Below are positions 22,944 to 37,448 of a DNA stretch of 64,000 nt, piece after piece; positions within the stretch are counted from its first letter, which is position 1, and each line of letters starts with the position of its first letter. Where the stretch lies: NCBI RefSeq assembly GCF_044324785.1, contig NZ_CP172127.1; one strand, given 5' to 3'. The notes under the pieces are model-generated. The model saw only the letters and a program-made list of their open reading frames with translations. It did not search any database and was not told where the DNA came from. Origin of the DNA: Escherichia coli (GTDB taxonomy: Bacteria > Pseudomonadota > Gammaproteobacteria > Enterobacterales > Enterobacteriaceae). The position numbers were made by a program, and so were the translations under genes.

Positions 22944-23272
22944 CAGTTCACCACCTGTTCAAACTCTGCGCTGAACTCAACACGCAGCATACTGACCCGC
23001 GACGACCATTTTGCGCAGGTCACCTTTATCTGCCGCCACTCATAAGGCGGCGTCCACAGAAAGGATTTCCAGCCCCCGTGCTCTTCCAGAAACGACTCCA
23101 GTACCGTGGCCTCCTCACGGGGGACAGAAAGCGTCACGCTGTACGTTTTCAGGTTGGCATTCAGCCCGGCAGGCGCTCGCTGAGAATAGCCATCACCAAA
23201 GCGCACCTTTCTTACAGAAGGGACCGAAGCCACATCCATACCGGGTTTCACTTTCCAGCGGAAGGTCTTCAT
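22943..23272 (-). CDS. M: Minor tail protein M
   Basis: 109-aa ORF matching lambda gpM; start overlaps H stop. Confidence 0.9.
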   Translation of the reverse strand: MKTFRWKVKPGMDVASVPSVRKVRFGDGYSQRAPAGLNANLKTYSVTLSVPREEATVLESFLEEHGGWKSFLWTPPYEWRQIKVTCAKWSSRVSMLRVEFSAEFEQVVN

Positions 23273-25830
23273 CGTCCACCTCCGGAGAACAGGCCACCAT
23301 CACGCATCTGTGTCTGAATTTCATCACGGGCACCCTTGCGGGCCATGTCATACACCGCCTTCAGAGCAGCCGGACCTATCTGCCCGTTCGTGCCGTCGTT
23401 GTTAATCACCACATGGTTATTCTGCTCAAACGTCCCGGACGCCTGCGACCGGCTGTCTGCCATGCTGCCAGGTGTACCGACATAACCGCCGGTGGCATAG
23501 CCGCGCATCAGCCGGTAAAGATTCCCCACGCCAATCCGGCTGGTTGCCTCCTTCGTGAAGACAAACTCACCACGGTGAACAATCCCCGCTGGCTCATATT
23601 TGCCGCCGGTTCCCGTAAATCCTCCGGTTGCAAAATGGAATTTCGCCGCAGCGGCCTGAATGGCTGTACCGCCTGACGCGGATGCGCCGCCACCAACAGC
23701 CCCGCCAATGGCGCTGCCGATACTCCCGACAATCCCCACCATTGCCTGCTTAAGCAGAATTTCTGTCATCATGGACAGCACGGAACGGGTGAAGCTGCGC
23801 CAGTTCTGCTCACTGCCGGTCAGCATCGCCGCCATATTCTGTGCAATACCATCAAAGGTCTGCGTGGCTGCACTTTTTACCTGCGACATACTGTCCGTGG
23901 CGCTCTCTTCCCACTCACTCCAGCCGGACTTCAGGCCTGCCATCCAGTTCCCGCGAAGCTGGTCTTCAGCCGCCCAGGTCTTTTTCTGCTCTGACATGAC
24001 GTTATTCAGCGCCAGCGGATTATCGCCATACTGTTCCTTCAGGCGCTGTTCCGTGGCTTCCCGTTCTGCCTGCCGGTCAGTCAGCCCCCGGCTTTTCGCA
24101 TCAATGGCGGCCCGTTTTGCCCGTTGCTGCTGTGCGAATTTATCCGCCTGCTGCGCCAGCGCGTTCAGGCGCTCCTGATACGTAACCTTGTCGCCAAGTG
24201 CAGCCAGCTGGCGTTTGTACTCCAGCGTCTCATCTTTATGCGCCAGCAGGGATTTCTCCTGTGCAGACAGCTGGCGACGTTGCGCCGCCTCCTCCAGTAC
24301 CGCGAACTGACTCTCCGCCTTCCACAAATCCCGGCGCTGCTGGCTGATTTTCTCATTTGCTCCGGCATGCTTCTCCAGCGTCCGGAGTTCTGCCTGAAGC
24401 GTCAGCAGGGCAGCATGAGCACTGTCTTCCTGACGATCGCCCGCAGACACCTTCACGCCGGACTGTTTCGGCTTTTTCAGCGTCGCTTCATAATCCTTTT
24501 TCGCCGCCGCCATCAGCGTGTTGTAATCCGCCTGCAGGATTTTCCCGTCTTTCAGTGCCTTGTTCAGTTCTTCCTGACGGGCGGTATATTTCTCCAGCGG
24601 CGTCTGCAGCCGTTCGTAAGCCTTCTGCGCCTCTTCGGTATATTTCAGCCGTGACGCTTCGGTATCGCTCTGCTGCTGCGCATTTTTGTCCTGTTGAGTC
24701 TGCTGCTCAGCCTTCTTTCGGGCGGCTTCAAGCGCAAGACGGGCCTTTTCACGATCATCCCAGTAACGCGCCCGCGCTTCATCGTTAACAAAATAATCAT
24801 CCTTGCGCAGATTCCAGATGTCGTCTGCTTTCTTATACGCAGCCTCTGCCTTAATCAGCATCTCCTGCGCGGTATCAGGACGACCAATATCCAGCACCGC
24901 ATCCCACATGGATTTGAATGCCCGCGCAGTCCTGTCTGCCCAGGTCTCCAGCGTGCCCATGTTCTCTTTCAGGCGGCGGGTCTGGTCATCAAACCCTTTC
25001 GTTGCGGCCTCGTTCGCCGCCTGCAATGCCCCGGCTTCATCGCCGGAACGCTGCAACTGAGCAACATACGCAATCTGCTCCGCCGTCACGTTATGGAACT
25101 GGCGAGCCATCGCCGTCAGCCCCGACGTCGGGTCTGTGGTCAGCTTCCCGAAGGCTTCAGCGACCTTGTCCACCTCCACGCCGGATGCAGAGGAGAAACG
25201 CGCCACACTCTGGCTGATGGACGCAATCTGAGCCTCACCGCTTACCCCCGCCTTAACCAGTGCGCTGAGTGACTCGCTGGTCTGGTTAAACGTCAGCCCT
25301 GCCGCCTGCCCGGCTCTGGACAGGACCAGCATACGATCTGCCGTCAGTCCCGCCTGATTGCCGGAAAGGACCAGCGTTTTGTTGAAATCGGACAGGGTTG
25401 AGTTGCCCTGATACCAGGCATACGCCAGCGCACCGGTCGCCACCGCCAGCGAGGTGGCCCCCACCATCGGCAGGGTGATCGCACCGGCAAGCCCCCTGAA
25501 CATGGGGATCATCCCGCCGAAGGAGTCCTTCACCTGCCCCCCCTGTTGCAGCAGGATCAGCCACGGACTTTGCCCGCCTGCAAGCTGCGTGGCCACGTCG
25601 GTGAACTGTGCAGGCAGCATACGCATGGCGGCTTTATACTGCCCGACGGAAATCCCCGCTTTCTGTGCAGCCAGCGCCTGTCGGCTCAGCGACTGTTCAA
25701 CGACTGCCGCTGTTTTTTTCGCATCACTTTCCGTACCGGAAAAATGACGCCTGACTCTGGCCATCTGCTCGTCAAATCTGGCCGCATCCAGACTCAAATC
25801 AACGACCAGATCGCCTACCGGTTCAGCCAT
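23269..25830 (-). CDS. H: Tail tape measure protein H
   Basis: 853-aa ORF, same length as lambda gpH; coiled-coil-rich. Confidence 0.9.
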   Translation of the reverse strand: MAEPVGDLVVDLSLDAARFDEQMARVRRHFSGTESDAKKTAAVVEQSLSRQALAAQKAGISVGQYKAAMRMLPAQFTDVATQLAGGQSPWLILLQQGGQVKDSFGGMIPMFRGLAGAITLPMVGATSLAVATGALAYAWYQGNSTLSDFNKTLVLSGNQAGLTADRMLVLSRAGQAAGLTFNQTSESLSALVKAGVSGEAQIASISQSVARFSSASGVEVDKVAEAFGKLTTDPTSGLTAMARQFHNVTAEQIAYVAQLQRSGDEAGALQAANEAATKGFDDQTRRLKENMGTLETWADRTARAFKSMWDAVLDIGRPDTAQEMLIKAEAAYKKADDIWNLRKDDYFVNDEARARYWDDREKARLALEAARKKAEQQTQQDKNAQQQSDTEASRLKYTEEAQKAYERLQTPLEKYTARQEELNKALKDGKILQADYNTLMAAAKKDYEATLKKPKQSGVKVSAGDRQEDSAHAALLTLQAELRTLEKHAGANEKISQQRRDLWKAESQFAVLEEAAQRRQLSAQEKSLLAHKDETLEYKRQLAALGDKVTYQERLNALAQQADKFAQQQRAKRAAIDAKSRGLTDRQAEREATEQRLKEQYGDNPLALNNVMSEQKKTWAAEDQLRGNWMAGLKSGWSEWEESATDSMSQVKSAATQTFDGIAQNMAAMLTGSEQNWRSFTRSVLSMMTEILLKQAMVGIVGSIGSAIGGAVGGGASASGGTAIQAAAAKFHFATGGFTGTGGKYEPAGIVHRGEFVFTKEATSRIGVGNLYRLMRGYATGGYVGTPGSMADSRSQASGTFEQNNHVVINNDGTNGQIGPAALKAVYDMARKGARDEIQTQMRDGGLFSGGGR

Positions 25831-26257
25831 ACCGGACTCCTCCTGCGATCCCTTCTGATACTGTCATCAGCATTACGTCATCCTCCGTCATGTCCGCCAC
25901 ATCCGGGGAAGCGGGGATAACTTCATTCCCGTCCGGGCCAAAGCGGACACCTCCGGCAAGCCCTGCCGCTTTCTGCATCAGCACATCATCTTCAGGCTCT
26001 TCGTCAGCCTCGCGCCGGTTCAGCAGACTGAAATCCAGCGGATGCATATCCGGATCGCTGAAAAACAGGCTGAGCACGGTGTACGTCAGCCCGGAAAAGT
26101 GCATATCCAGCAGAACATCATGAAAATAATGGGTACTGTAAAAGCGGTGCCAGTCGGCATACTCCGTGGATGACATCCCGGCAAGCATGGCACGCCAGTC
26201 GGGTCGCCCCATCTCACGCGCCAGTTTCAGGGCAAAACTCAGCTCACCGTCGAACAC
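25823..26257 (-). CDS. T: T segment of tail assembly chaperone G-T (expressed only as -1 frameshift fusion with G)
   Basis: ORF in -1 frame relative to G, beginning at the slippery heptamer; matches lambda gpT. Confidence 0.8.
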   Translation of the reverse strand: MFDGELSFALKLAREMGRPDWRAMLAGMSSTEYADWHRFYSTHYFHDVLLDMHFSGLTYTVLSLFFSDPDMHPLDFSLLNRREADEEPEDDVLMQKAAGLAGGVRFGPDGNEVIPASPDVADMTEDDVMLMTVSEGIAGGVRYG

Positions 26258-26661
26258 TTTCCCGCAGAAACAGGCTCTGCGGGCCCGGCGTCCTCTGTCT
26301 GTTCAGGGGCATTATTCACCACAAACTCATACATACCAGACAGCCGGTACACCACGTTTTCAGCATGAGAAATTGCCTCCGTGGGCCAGGTGGTAAGCAC
26401 TTCCTGCTCAATCTGTTTAACGGCTTCATTCATGGACGGCATCTGCGTCTTCTGCGGATGGTTATGCCACAGGGACATCGCCACCAGAAACGCGCCGGTT
26501 CTGATGGCGTCTTCCACAGTAAACTTCCGGTTGCTGTCTGACTCCGCCTGTTCTGCCTGCCGTTTCATCAGGGCGAGATGCTCAATGCGCTGCAGGGCTG
26601 ACAGTTCAGAAAGCGTGACGGTCACACCGTTATGTTCAAATGATTCGGTTTTCAGGAACAT
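26239..26661 (-). CDS. G: Tail assembly chaperone G
   Basis: 140-aa ORF matching lambda gpG; slippery site near its 3' end. Confidence 0.85.
   Translation of the reverse strand: MFLKTESFEHNGVTVTLSELSALQRIEHLALMKRQAEQAESDSNRKFTVEDAIRTGAFLVAMSLWHNHPQKTQMPSMNEAVKQIEQEVLTTWPTEAISHAENVVYRLSGMYEFVVNNAPEQTEDAGPAEPVSAGKCSTVS
26257..26263 (-). other. Programmed -1 ribosomal frameshift heptamer GGGAAAG (G to G-T)
   Basis: Plus-strand CTTTCCC at 26257-26263 is GGGAAAG on the coding strand, at the G/T overlap. Confidence 0.75.
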
Positions 26662-26676
26662 CGCTGACTCTCCGGA

Positions 26677-27417
26677 TTAACTGGCGGTGACGGTAATTTC
26701 TGCAACCGCAGCAAACTCACCATTACCGGATACAACCGGAATGTTGACCTTGCCTGCAGCAACGCCGTTCACGGTGATGGTCATACCACTGACCGACACG
26801 GTGGCTTTTGTTTTATCCGCAGACACCGCACGAAAGCTCTTGTCGGTTACGCCCTCCGGCTGGAAGGCCACGGTCAGCGTGGTGCTCTGCCCTTTCACCA
26901 CCGAGGTGCTGGCAGGCGTCACGGTCATGCCGGTTGCCGCTGTTACCGTGCTGCGATCTTCTGCCATCGACGGACGTCCCACATTGGTGACTTTCACCGT
27001 GCGGGTGATCACTTCCTTCGCCGTCACCGCCTTACCGATACTGCTGACCCAGCCACGGAACACATCGACCGTGCCGTTCGGGAAGCGGATTTTATAGGCA
27101 CGGGTATCGCCTTCATTAAACCACGCCAGCAGCGCCTGCTGCCCCTGCTCTCCGGGCATCCACGCCAGCGTGAAGCTGGTATCTCCGGCAGATTTCTGCC
27201 CCTGCCCGGTCGCAGTCCAGTCTGCATCTTCATCATCGAGATAGCTGTCGTCATAGGACTCAGCGGTCAGTTCGCCGGGCGTCAGGTCTTTAACTTTTGC
27301 CAGACGCGACCAGTCAACGTCTGAAAGCGGATTCGCATAAGGGTCACCGCTCCCCTTATAAACCCACAGGGTGGTCCCGGCACCTTTCACCGGCATTGTA
27401 GGATTTGGTACAGGCAT
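26677..27417 (-). CDS. V: Major tail protein V (with C-terminal Ig-like domain)
   Basis: ORF 26677..27447; start placed at [14 protein letters not shown]… as in lambda gpV (246 aa). Confidence 0.9.
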
Positions 27418-27424
27418 AGCGTCC

Positions 27425-27820
27425 TCACATTTCATAGGTAATGACATAAGTCAGATCGGCTGAACTCCACAGGCCCGCATCATCGTCGCGCCGGTAGTCA
27501 TAGCCGCTGGCCACCATACTGGTGATCAAATCTGACAGTGCCGGGATATCGCTCATCACCGGATAAATCCGGGACTCCATCCACGCATCCAGCTCTGAAT
27601 CCGGCACCTGAGCAGGCAGGAAAACTTCGATATGCAGCTCCGCCTGCCAGGTATCGCTGTCCAGCTCTTCGCCCGTGTATTCAGCGCCGGTGAGATAAAC
27701 GGCAACTGCCGGAAAATCCGCCTCATCAAAAACAGCGGGGCGACCATCAAAAAACGTCGCCCCGGTGTCATGCTTCTCCAGTGCATCCAGTACGGCTGCA
27801 CGGAGTTCAGTATGTTTCAT
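27425..27820 (-). CDS. U: Tail terminator protein U
   Basis: 131-aa ORF matching lambda gpU. Confidence 0.9.
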
Positions 27821-28395
27821 CGCTTTATTACCATCCTCAGTTGATGCTGCAGCGCATAGCCCAGCTCTTTCGGAAGACGTTCACGCCGTATCCGCTCAAT
27901 ATTTTGTTTAAACGCCGTGGTCAGCGGCTCCGCCATCGGGATTTTCACCACATCAATGGGGTAACGGTTTTTCCCGGCCACACGCTGCATGACATGCCAC
28001 CGGCCATTTTTCAGTTGCTGAATAAACGCGCCGGGAATACGACGGTTACCCACCACAAGCACGCTGCCGCCACCTTTCAGGGATGAACGCTGCCCCTTTT
28101 TACGACGCCTGCGGCGCGAAAGGACAACCCGCGCATTACCCAGCTTGATTACGGGCAAATCCCCCCGGTTAACTTTGATTCTGGCCTGCGGATTTTTGAC
28201 CGTGGCCCTTTTCAGCCTGGCCCTTTCCTTTACCAGTTTCCGGCGTACCTTTGTCTCACGGGCAACCTGTGACGCCGACTGCGATATCGCGGATGAAGCA
28301 ACGCGGTTAATGGCCATTGCGGCGGCACCAGGCACCGCCGTTTTGCTGATACGGCTGAGGTTTTCAACGGCCTGCTCAAGACCTTTTATGGCCAT
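27817..28395 (-). CDS. Z: Tail completion protein Z
   Basis: 192-aa ORF matching lambda gpZ. Confidence 0.9.
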   Translation of the reverse strand: MAIKGLEQAVENLSRISKTAVPGAAAMAINRVASSAISQSASQVARETKVRRKLVKERARLKRATVKNPQARIKVNRGDLPVIKLGNARVVLSRRRRRKKGQRSSLKGGGSVLVVGNRRIPGAFIQQLKNGRWHVMQRVAGKNRYPIDVVKIPMAEPLTTAFKQNIERIRRERLPKELGYALQHQLRMVIKR

Positions 28396-28406
28396 ACATC
28401 CCCCTT

Positions 28407-28760
28407 TCAGCGGCGACGGTTAACGGCAGGCGGTACGCCCCGTCCAAGCCAGAGATGACAACTTCCGCCATCATCCGGCGAAACCCGATCTACCCAGAAA
28501 TTTTCCTCACCGATGGTCAGCGTGTCTCCACGCCGCAGCTGCCGCACCTCATCAGTCCGGACAAACAGGGACGGGCTGGAGCCTTCAACGCGCACGCCCT
28601 GTCCGGCATAGCTGATATTTTCAGGGTCATCAAAAACACCACGTATCACCGCACCTGACTGCTCACCGGATGTAATGGTGGCTGACGTTCCCATGTACCC
28701 GCGTATCGTTTCATCGGCGCGGGCAATGGCAGCATCGAACAGGTTATCGAAATCAGCCAC
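28407..28760 (-). CDS. FII: Head-tail joining protein FII
   Basis: 117-aa ORF matching lambda gpFII. Confidence 0.9.
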   Translation of the reverse strand: MADFDNLFDAAIARADETIRGYMGTSATITSGEQSGAVIRGVFDDPENISYAGQGVRVEGSSPSLFVRTDEVRQLRRGDTLTIGEENFWVDRVSPDDGGSCHLWLGRGVPPAVNRRR

Positions 28761-28771
28761 AGCGCCTCCCG

Positions 28772-29170
28772 TTATTGCATTCTGGCCAGGCCGCGCTCTG
28801 TCATTTCGGCTGCCACACCGGCAGAGACACGAAACGCCGTTCCCGGCAGCACAAATGCCACAGGTTCATCCCGCGTGGCGTGAAGTGCATCAGTATGCAG
28901 CTTCACCAGTGCCACGACCGTGACCAGTTCAGACGTATCCAGAATCACGGTATCCGGCTGCGCTGATCCCACCTCATTTTCATGTCCGGTCAGCACATTT
29001 TCCCGGCTGAGAGGGGTGTCCTGACCGGCAGTTTCATCCGTGTCATCAAGCTCCTCTTTCAGCTCTGCCACACGGAGCGCCAGTTCTTCTTTCGTCCCCG
29101 TCAGGCTGACATCACGGTTCAGTTGTTCACCCAGCGAGCGGAGACGGGCAATCAGTTCATCTTTCGTCAT
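28772..29170 (-). CDS. FI: DNA packaging protein FI
   Basis: ORF 28772..29209; start placed at internal MTKDELIARLRSLGEQ… as in lambda gpFI. Confidence 0.85.
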   Translation of the reverse strand: MTKDELIARLRSLGEQLNRDVSLTGTKEELALRVAELKEELDDTDETAGQDTPLSRENVLTGHENEVGSAQPDTVILDTSELVTVVALVKLHTDALHATRDEPVAFVLPGTAFRVSAGVAAEMTERGLARMQ

Positions 29171-29211
29171 GGACTCCTCCACAGAGAAACAATGGCCCCG
29201 AAGGGCCATGA

Positions 29212-30237
29212 TTACGCCAGTTGTACGGACACGAACTCATCAGGGTCAGCCAGCAGCATCAGCGGTGCTGACTGAATCATGGTGAACTCACGCGCCGGAT
29301 CGCCGGTGGTCACCCAGTTTTTCGGGTAACGGGCAGAGGCGTTAATGCCTTCGCGCTGTGCGTCCGCATCCTGAATGCAGCCATAGGTGCGCAGACCGCG
29401 TGCCTGAGTGTTCCCCAGCACCATCGTGTTGTCCGGCAGGAAGTTCTTTTTGACGCCGTTTTCCACGTACTGTCCGGAATACACGACGATGGCCACATCG
29501 CCATACATCCCCTTATAGGACACCGCTTTGCCCAGGTCTTTCACCGCTGTCTCCAGCTCGGAATTAGAGCCACGACGGGTATCCAGCTTCTCCTTGACGG
29601 CTTTGAAGGAACGGAACAGCGCCCAGCCTTTCGGATCGAACACGATGATATTCACCACACCGCTGGCGTTCAGCGCGTAGGCTTCGATATCGTCGGTCGG
29701 GTCATACGTGGACTTGTCACGCTTGCTCCACTCCGTGCCGCCGGACTGCGTGATGTTATTCTCCTCACTGCGGCCCATATCCACCTCAACCGGATCGAAG
29801 GCTTCACCGGTCATGGTGTATTTGCCCTTAAGCACGGCAGAAACTGCCTGCATCTCTTCGACCTGAGCAATGGCCAGCTCTTCGTCACGCATGTTCTGCA
29901 TGATGATGCGACGGCGGCGGTAAGCCGGGTCCGCCAGATTCTGCGGATCTTCATCCGGCAGGCGACGCAGGGTCATCTGCGGATTCACTTCATGCTTCGG
30001 CTTGACATATCCCGGCGTAAATTCAGAGGTGGAGCCGCCACGGGAACGGATAACCTCACCGGAAACAATCGGCGAAACGTACAGCGCCATGTTTACCAGT
30101 CCCGGAATTTGTGAGAGATAGACTTTCTCCGTGGTGAAGGGATAGCTCTCACGGAAAAAGAGACGCAGAAACAGCGGATCAAACTTAAATTTCTGCTCAT
30201 TTGCCGCCAGCAGTTGGGCGGTTGTGTACATCGACAT
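29212..30237 (-). CDS. E: Major capsid protein E
   Basis: ORF 29212..30264; start placed at MSMYTTAQLLAANEQ… (341 aa) as in lambda gpE. Confidence 0.9.
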   Translation of the reverse strand: MSMYTTAQLLAANEQKFKFDPLFLRLFFRESYPFTTEKVYLSQIPGLVNMALYVSPIVSGEVIRSRGGSTSEFTPGYVKPKHEVNPQMTLRRLPDEDPQNLADPAYRRRRIIMQNMRDEELAIAQVEEMQAVSAVLKGKYTMTGEAFDPVEVDMGRSEENNITQSGGTEWSKRDKSTYDPTDDIEAYALNASGVVNIIVFDPKGWALFRSFKAVKEKLDTRRGSNSELETAVKDLGKAVSYKGMYGDVAIVVYSGQYVENGVKKNFLPDNTMVLGNTQARGLRTYGCIQDADAQREGINASARYPKNWVTTGDPAREFTMIQSAPLMLLADPDEFVSVQLA

Positions 30238-30292
30238 AAAAAAATCCCGTAAAAAAAGCCGCACAGGCGGCCTTTAGTGATGAAGGGTAAAG

Positions 30293-30625
30293 TTAAACGA
30301 TGCTGATTGCCGTTCCGGCAAACGCGGTCCGTTTTTTCGTCTCGTCGCTGGCAGCCTCCGGCCAGAGCACATCCTCATAACGGAACGTGCCGGACTTGTA
30401 GAACGTCAGCGTGGTGCTGGTCTGGTCAGCAGCAACCGCAAGAATGCCAACGGCAGCACCGTCGGTGGTGCCATCCCACGCAACCAGCTTACGGCTGGAG
30501 GTGTCCAGCATCAGCGGGGTCATTGCAGGCGCTTTCGCACTCAATCCGCCGGGCGCGGTTGCGGTATGAGCCGGGTCACTGTTGCCCTGCGGCTGGTAAT
30601 GGGTAAAGGTTTCTTTGCTCGTCAT
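30293..30625 (-). CDS. D: Head decoration protein D
   Basis: ORF 30293..30631; start at [13 protein letters not shown]… (110 aa) as in lambda gpD. Confidence 0.9.
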
Positions 30626-30634
30626 AAACATCCC

Positions 30635-31934
30635 TTACACTGGTGTGTTCAGCAAATCGTTAACGGCATCAGATGCCGGGTTACCTGCAGCCAGCGGTGC
30701 CGGTGCCCCCTGCATCAGACGATCCAGCGCAGTGTCACTGCGCGCCTGTGCACTCTGTGGTGCTGCGGCCAGAATGCGGCGGGCCGTTTTCACGGTCATA
30801 CCGGGGGTTTCTGCCAGCACGCGTGCCTGTTCTTCGCGTCCGTGAGCCTCCTCACAGTTGAGGATCCCCATAATGCGGCTGTTTTCTGCCGCAACCGCTG
30901 CGGTGATCTGCGCGTTCACGTCCGGCTGCGCCGCGCTGGCGTTCTCGCCCTCCGTCGCTGGCACCACGTCAGTAACGTCAGCCTGCGAAGCAGTGGCTGA
31001 AACAGTTGTTGATTGAGTCTCTTTGGTCATTCGCCCTCCTGAGAGACGGGATTTACGTGCAACCAGTGCATCACGCATGACGGTGATCGCATCGGTGCTG
31101 TTAACAAGTTCATCAGCCAGTCCGGCATCAATGGCCTCCTGACCGCTGTACACTGCAGCCTCGGTATCCAGCACAGCCTGCACGGACAGGCCGGTATATG
31201 CCGACACCTTCTGCGCAAACATCTGGCGGGTTGCGTCCATCCGGGACTGCAGTGTCTCCCGGACGTCATCCGGAAGATGGCTGTAGGGGTTGCCATCCAC
31301 CTTATGGCTGCCGCTGTAAATCAGCGTGATTTCCACACCCTGTTTCTCCAGCGCAGCACCGTAATTACTGTGAGCCATCATGACGCCGATGGAGCCTGTC
31401 CGGGCGGTCTGCGTGACCAGACGCCGGGAGGCGGCACTGGCAAGCAACTGACCTGCACTGCAGTTCATGTCGTTGGCAAGCGCCCATACCGGTTTTATGT
31501 CACGCACACGGGCGATGATGTCAGCGCAGTCAAATGCCCCCGCCACCATCCCGCCGGGCGTGTCCATATCGAGCAGAATGCCGTCCACCATCGGATCGCT
31601 GGCAGCCTGTTGCAGACGGGCGATAATGCCGTTGTAACCGGTCATCCCCGAGTACGGCTGCAGCGCCCGCGTCCGGCTGACCAGCGTGCCGGACACCGGC
31701 AGCACGGCGATGCCGTTCATGACCTGATAACTGCGGGCCTGTCGTGGTCCGTCATCATCACCGGATAATGCCAGCGTCGCGAGTGCCTCCTGGGCAGTCA
31801 GGCTGTCGCCGGACACCGCATCCGTCAGGCTGCTGATCCCAAGCTGGCCTGCAAGCGCACAAAAGAAAACCCGCGCATAGGCGGGTTCAAGCATCAGCGG
31901 CTCATTAAAGGCCATGCTGGCAATATGCGGGAGA

Positions 31935-31954
<20 letters not shown>
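30635..31954 (-). CDS. C: Head maturation protease / scaffold C (Nu3 scaffold nested in-frame in its 3' part)
   Basis: Open frame 30635..32089; lambda gpC-like protein begins at VTAELRNLPHIASMAF… (alternative start about 31954, overlapping B stop). Confidence 0.85.
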
Positions 31955-35635
<3,681 letters not shown>

Positions 35636-35661
<26 letters not shown>

Positions 35662-36181
35662 TCAGCAACCCCGGTATCAGTTCATCCAGCGCGGCTGCTT
35701 TGTTCATGGCTTTGATGATATCCCGTTTCAGGAAATCAACATGTCGGTTTTCCAGTTCCGGAAAACGCCGCTGCACCGACAGGGGGAGCCCGTCGAGAAT
35801 ACTGGCAATTTCACCTGCGATCCGCGACAACACGAAAGTACAGAATGCGGTTTCCACCACTTCAGCGGAGTCTCTGGCATTCTTCAGTTCCTGTGCGTCG
35901 GCCTGCGCACGCGTAAGTCGATGGCGTTCGTACTCAATAGTTCCTGGCTGGAGATCTGCCTCGCTGGCCTGCCGCAGTTCTTCAACCTCCCGGCGCAGCT
36001 TTTCGTTCTCAATTTCAGCATCCCTTTCGGCATACCATTTTATGACGGCGGCAGAGTCATAAAGCACCTCATTACCCTTGCCACCGCCTCGCAGAACGGG
36101 CATTCCCTGTTCCTGCCAGTTCTGAATGGTACGGATACTCGCACCGAAAATGTCAGCCAGCTGCTTTTTGTTGACTTCCAT
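35636..36181 (-). CDS. Nu1: Terminase small subunit Nu1
   Basis: 181-aa ORF matching lambda Nu1 (MEVNKKQLADIFGASIRTIQNWQEQG…). Confidence 0.9.
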
Positions 36182-36348
36182 TGTTCATTCCACGGACAAA
36201 AACAGAGAAAGGAAACGACAGAGGCCAAAAAGCTCGCTTTCAGCACCTGTCGTTTCCTTTCTTTTCAGAGGGTATTTTAAATAAAAACATTAAGTTATGA
36301 CGAAGAAGAACGGAAACGCCTTAAACCGGAAAATTTTCATAAATAGCG

Positions 36349-36372
36349 AAAACCCGCGAGGTCGCCGCCCCG
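36349..36372. other. cos site (cosN; 12-nt cohesive end GGGCGGCGACCT on the minus strand)
   Basis: Plus strand reads gaaaacccgcgaggtcgccgccc, the reverse complement of the lambda left end GGGCGGCGACCTCGCGGGTTTTC; lambda right-end sequence (cgtaacctgtcggatcgccggaaaggacccgcaaaatgataat) follows. Confidence 0.85.
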
Positions 36373-36569
36373 TAACCTGTCGGATCGCCGGAAAGGACCC
36401 GCAAAATGATAATAATTATCATCTACATGTCACAACGTGCATCTACGCCATCAAACCACGTCAAATAATCAATTATGACGCAGGTATCGTATTAATTGAT
36501 CTGCATCAACTTAACGTAAAAACAACTTCAGACAATACAAATCAGCGACACTGAATACGGGGCAACCTC

Positions 36570-36764
36570 ATGTCAACTAAGAACAGAACCCGCAGAACAA
36601 CAACCCGCAACATCCGCTTTCCTAACCAAATGATTGAACAAATTAACATCGCTCTTGAGAAAAAAGGGTCTGGGAATTTCTCAGCCTGGGTCATTGAAGC
36701 CTGCCGTCGGAGACTAACGTCAGAAAAGAGAGCATATACATCAATCCAAAGTGATGATGAATAA
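36570..36764 (+). CDS. Small DUF3950-like protein (YlcI-like)
   Basis: 64-aa ORF between cos and bor; resemblance to recalled DLP12 YlcI is tentative. Confidence 0.45.
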   Translation: MSTKNRTRRTTTRNIRFPNQMIEQINIALEKKGSGNFSAWVIEACRRRLTSEKRAYTSIQSDDE

Positions 36765-37123
36765 ACATCCCGGTTTCTTCCACCATCGCACCGGAAAAGC
36801 GACTATGAGGGTAACCCTGCGTCTGTCAGCACAGTAAAACCCGGTGTGCATCGTTTTTGATTATTCCCGCACACTCACGCAGAAGGAATTCCCCGTCGGG
36901 CTACGGTCATGGTTAATGCGGGAATACGGCGACGATACAGCGCAGCTAAAAGGGTAATAGACGGATAGACCGGTTTATTTCATTCCACAGGATTCTGAGT
37001 GCCCCCCTCCTCCAATAGGCTGAGCATCCACCTATATAGTTTTAATTTTCATCAATCCATTTAACTATCGTTTAATTGTTGTCACATAGGATTCTGCCGT
37101 TTTTAACAATGCAGGATAATAAG

Positions 37124-37417
37124 ATGAAAAAAATGTTGTTTTCTGCCGCTCTGGCAATGCTTATTACAGGATGTGCTCAACAGACGTTTACTGTTGGAAA
37201 CAAACCGACAGCAGTAACACCAAAGGAAACCATCACCCATCACTTCTTCGTTTCGGGAATTGGACAGGAGAAAACTGTTGATGCAGCCAAAATTTGTGGC
37301 GGCGCAGAAAATGTTGTTAAAACAGAAACCCAGCAAACATTCGTAAATGGATTGCTCGGTTTTATTACTTTAGGCATTTATACTCCGCTGGAAGCGCGTG
37401 TGTATTGCTCACAATAA
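37124..37417 (+). CDS. bor: Bor lipoprotein (serum-resistance-associated)
   Basis: ORF 37076..37417; start at MKKMLFSAALAMLITGCAQQ… (lipobox LITGC) as in lambda Bor; opposite orientation to the lysis genes as in lambda. Confidence 0.85.
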   Translation: MKKMLFSAALAMLITGCAQQTFTVGNKPTAVTPKETITHHFFVSGIGQEKTVDAAKICGGAENVVKTETQQTFVNGLLGFITLGIYTPLEARVYCSQ

Positions 37418-37448
37418 TTGCATGAGTTGCCCATCGATATGGGCAGCT

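Noticed and set aside
24124-25272. Several 140-190-aa plus-strand ORFs
   Set aside because: Antisense to the tape-measure gene H; Arg/Leu-rich products typical of spurious frames.
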